A stretch of 64,000 bases of DNA from assembly GCA_964016885.1 (NCBI GenBank), contig OZ024763.1, forward strand, positions 25,110,001 to 25,174,000, read 5' to 3'. A program made the translations under genes and the position numbers. This DNA comes from Eledone cirrhosa (taxonomy: Eukaryota). The notes below the pieces were generated by a model. It was not told the DNA's origin and made no database searches. It saw nothing but the letters and a program-made list of their open reading frames with translations. Of this stretch, positions 64,000 to 64,000 are shown piece by piece. The stretch's first letter is position 1; the number at the start of each line of letters is the position of its first letter.

Positions 64000-64000
64000 G

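Overview
Eukaryotic, repeat-dominated DNA with no host gene I can recognise. The SINE type and extreme (TA)n/(TG)n density suggest an octopus-like cephalopod, but this is inference. Almost all listed ORFs are microsatellite artefacts. Main contents: (1) a near-intact Tx1/L1-clade non-LTR retrotransposon (ORF1 with CCHC knuckle; ORF2 with APE, RT and zinc finger, one +1 frameshift in a G7 run), followed by a diverged 5'-truncated relative, with both copies bracketed by three copies of one 19-22 bp target sequence in a TATC/TC microsatellite, which suggests sequence-specific insertion; (2) remnants of several Penelope-like (GIY-YIG) families in (TA)n tracts, with at least three different type-I hammerhead ribozyme folds (one with a U3-A8 core covariation) and recurrent fold-back inversions; (3) many tRNA-derived SINEs, some tandem or nested; (4) fragments of RTE and CRE-like retroelements, a Helitron and a piggyBac-like MITE; (5) large tandem arrays: 65 bp, 135/136 bp with higher-order structure, a 5.4 kb trinucleotide-derived array, and a constant-core/variable-spacer array. 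All coordinates were read by eye and no database searches were run.
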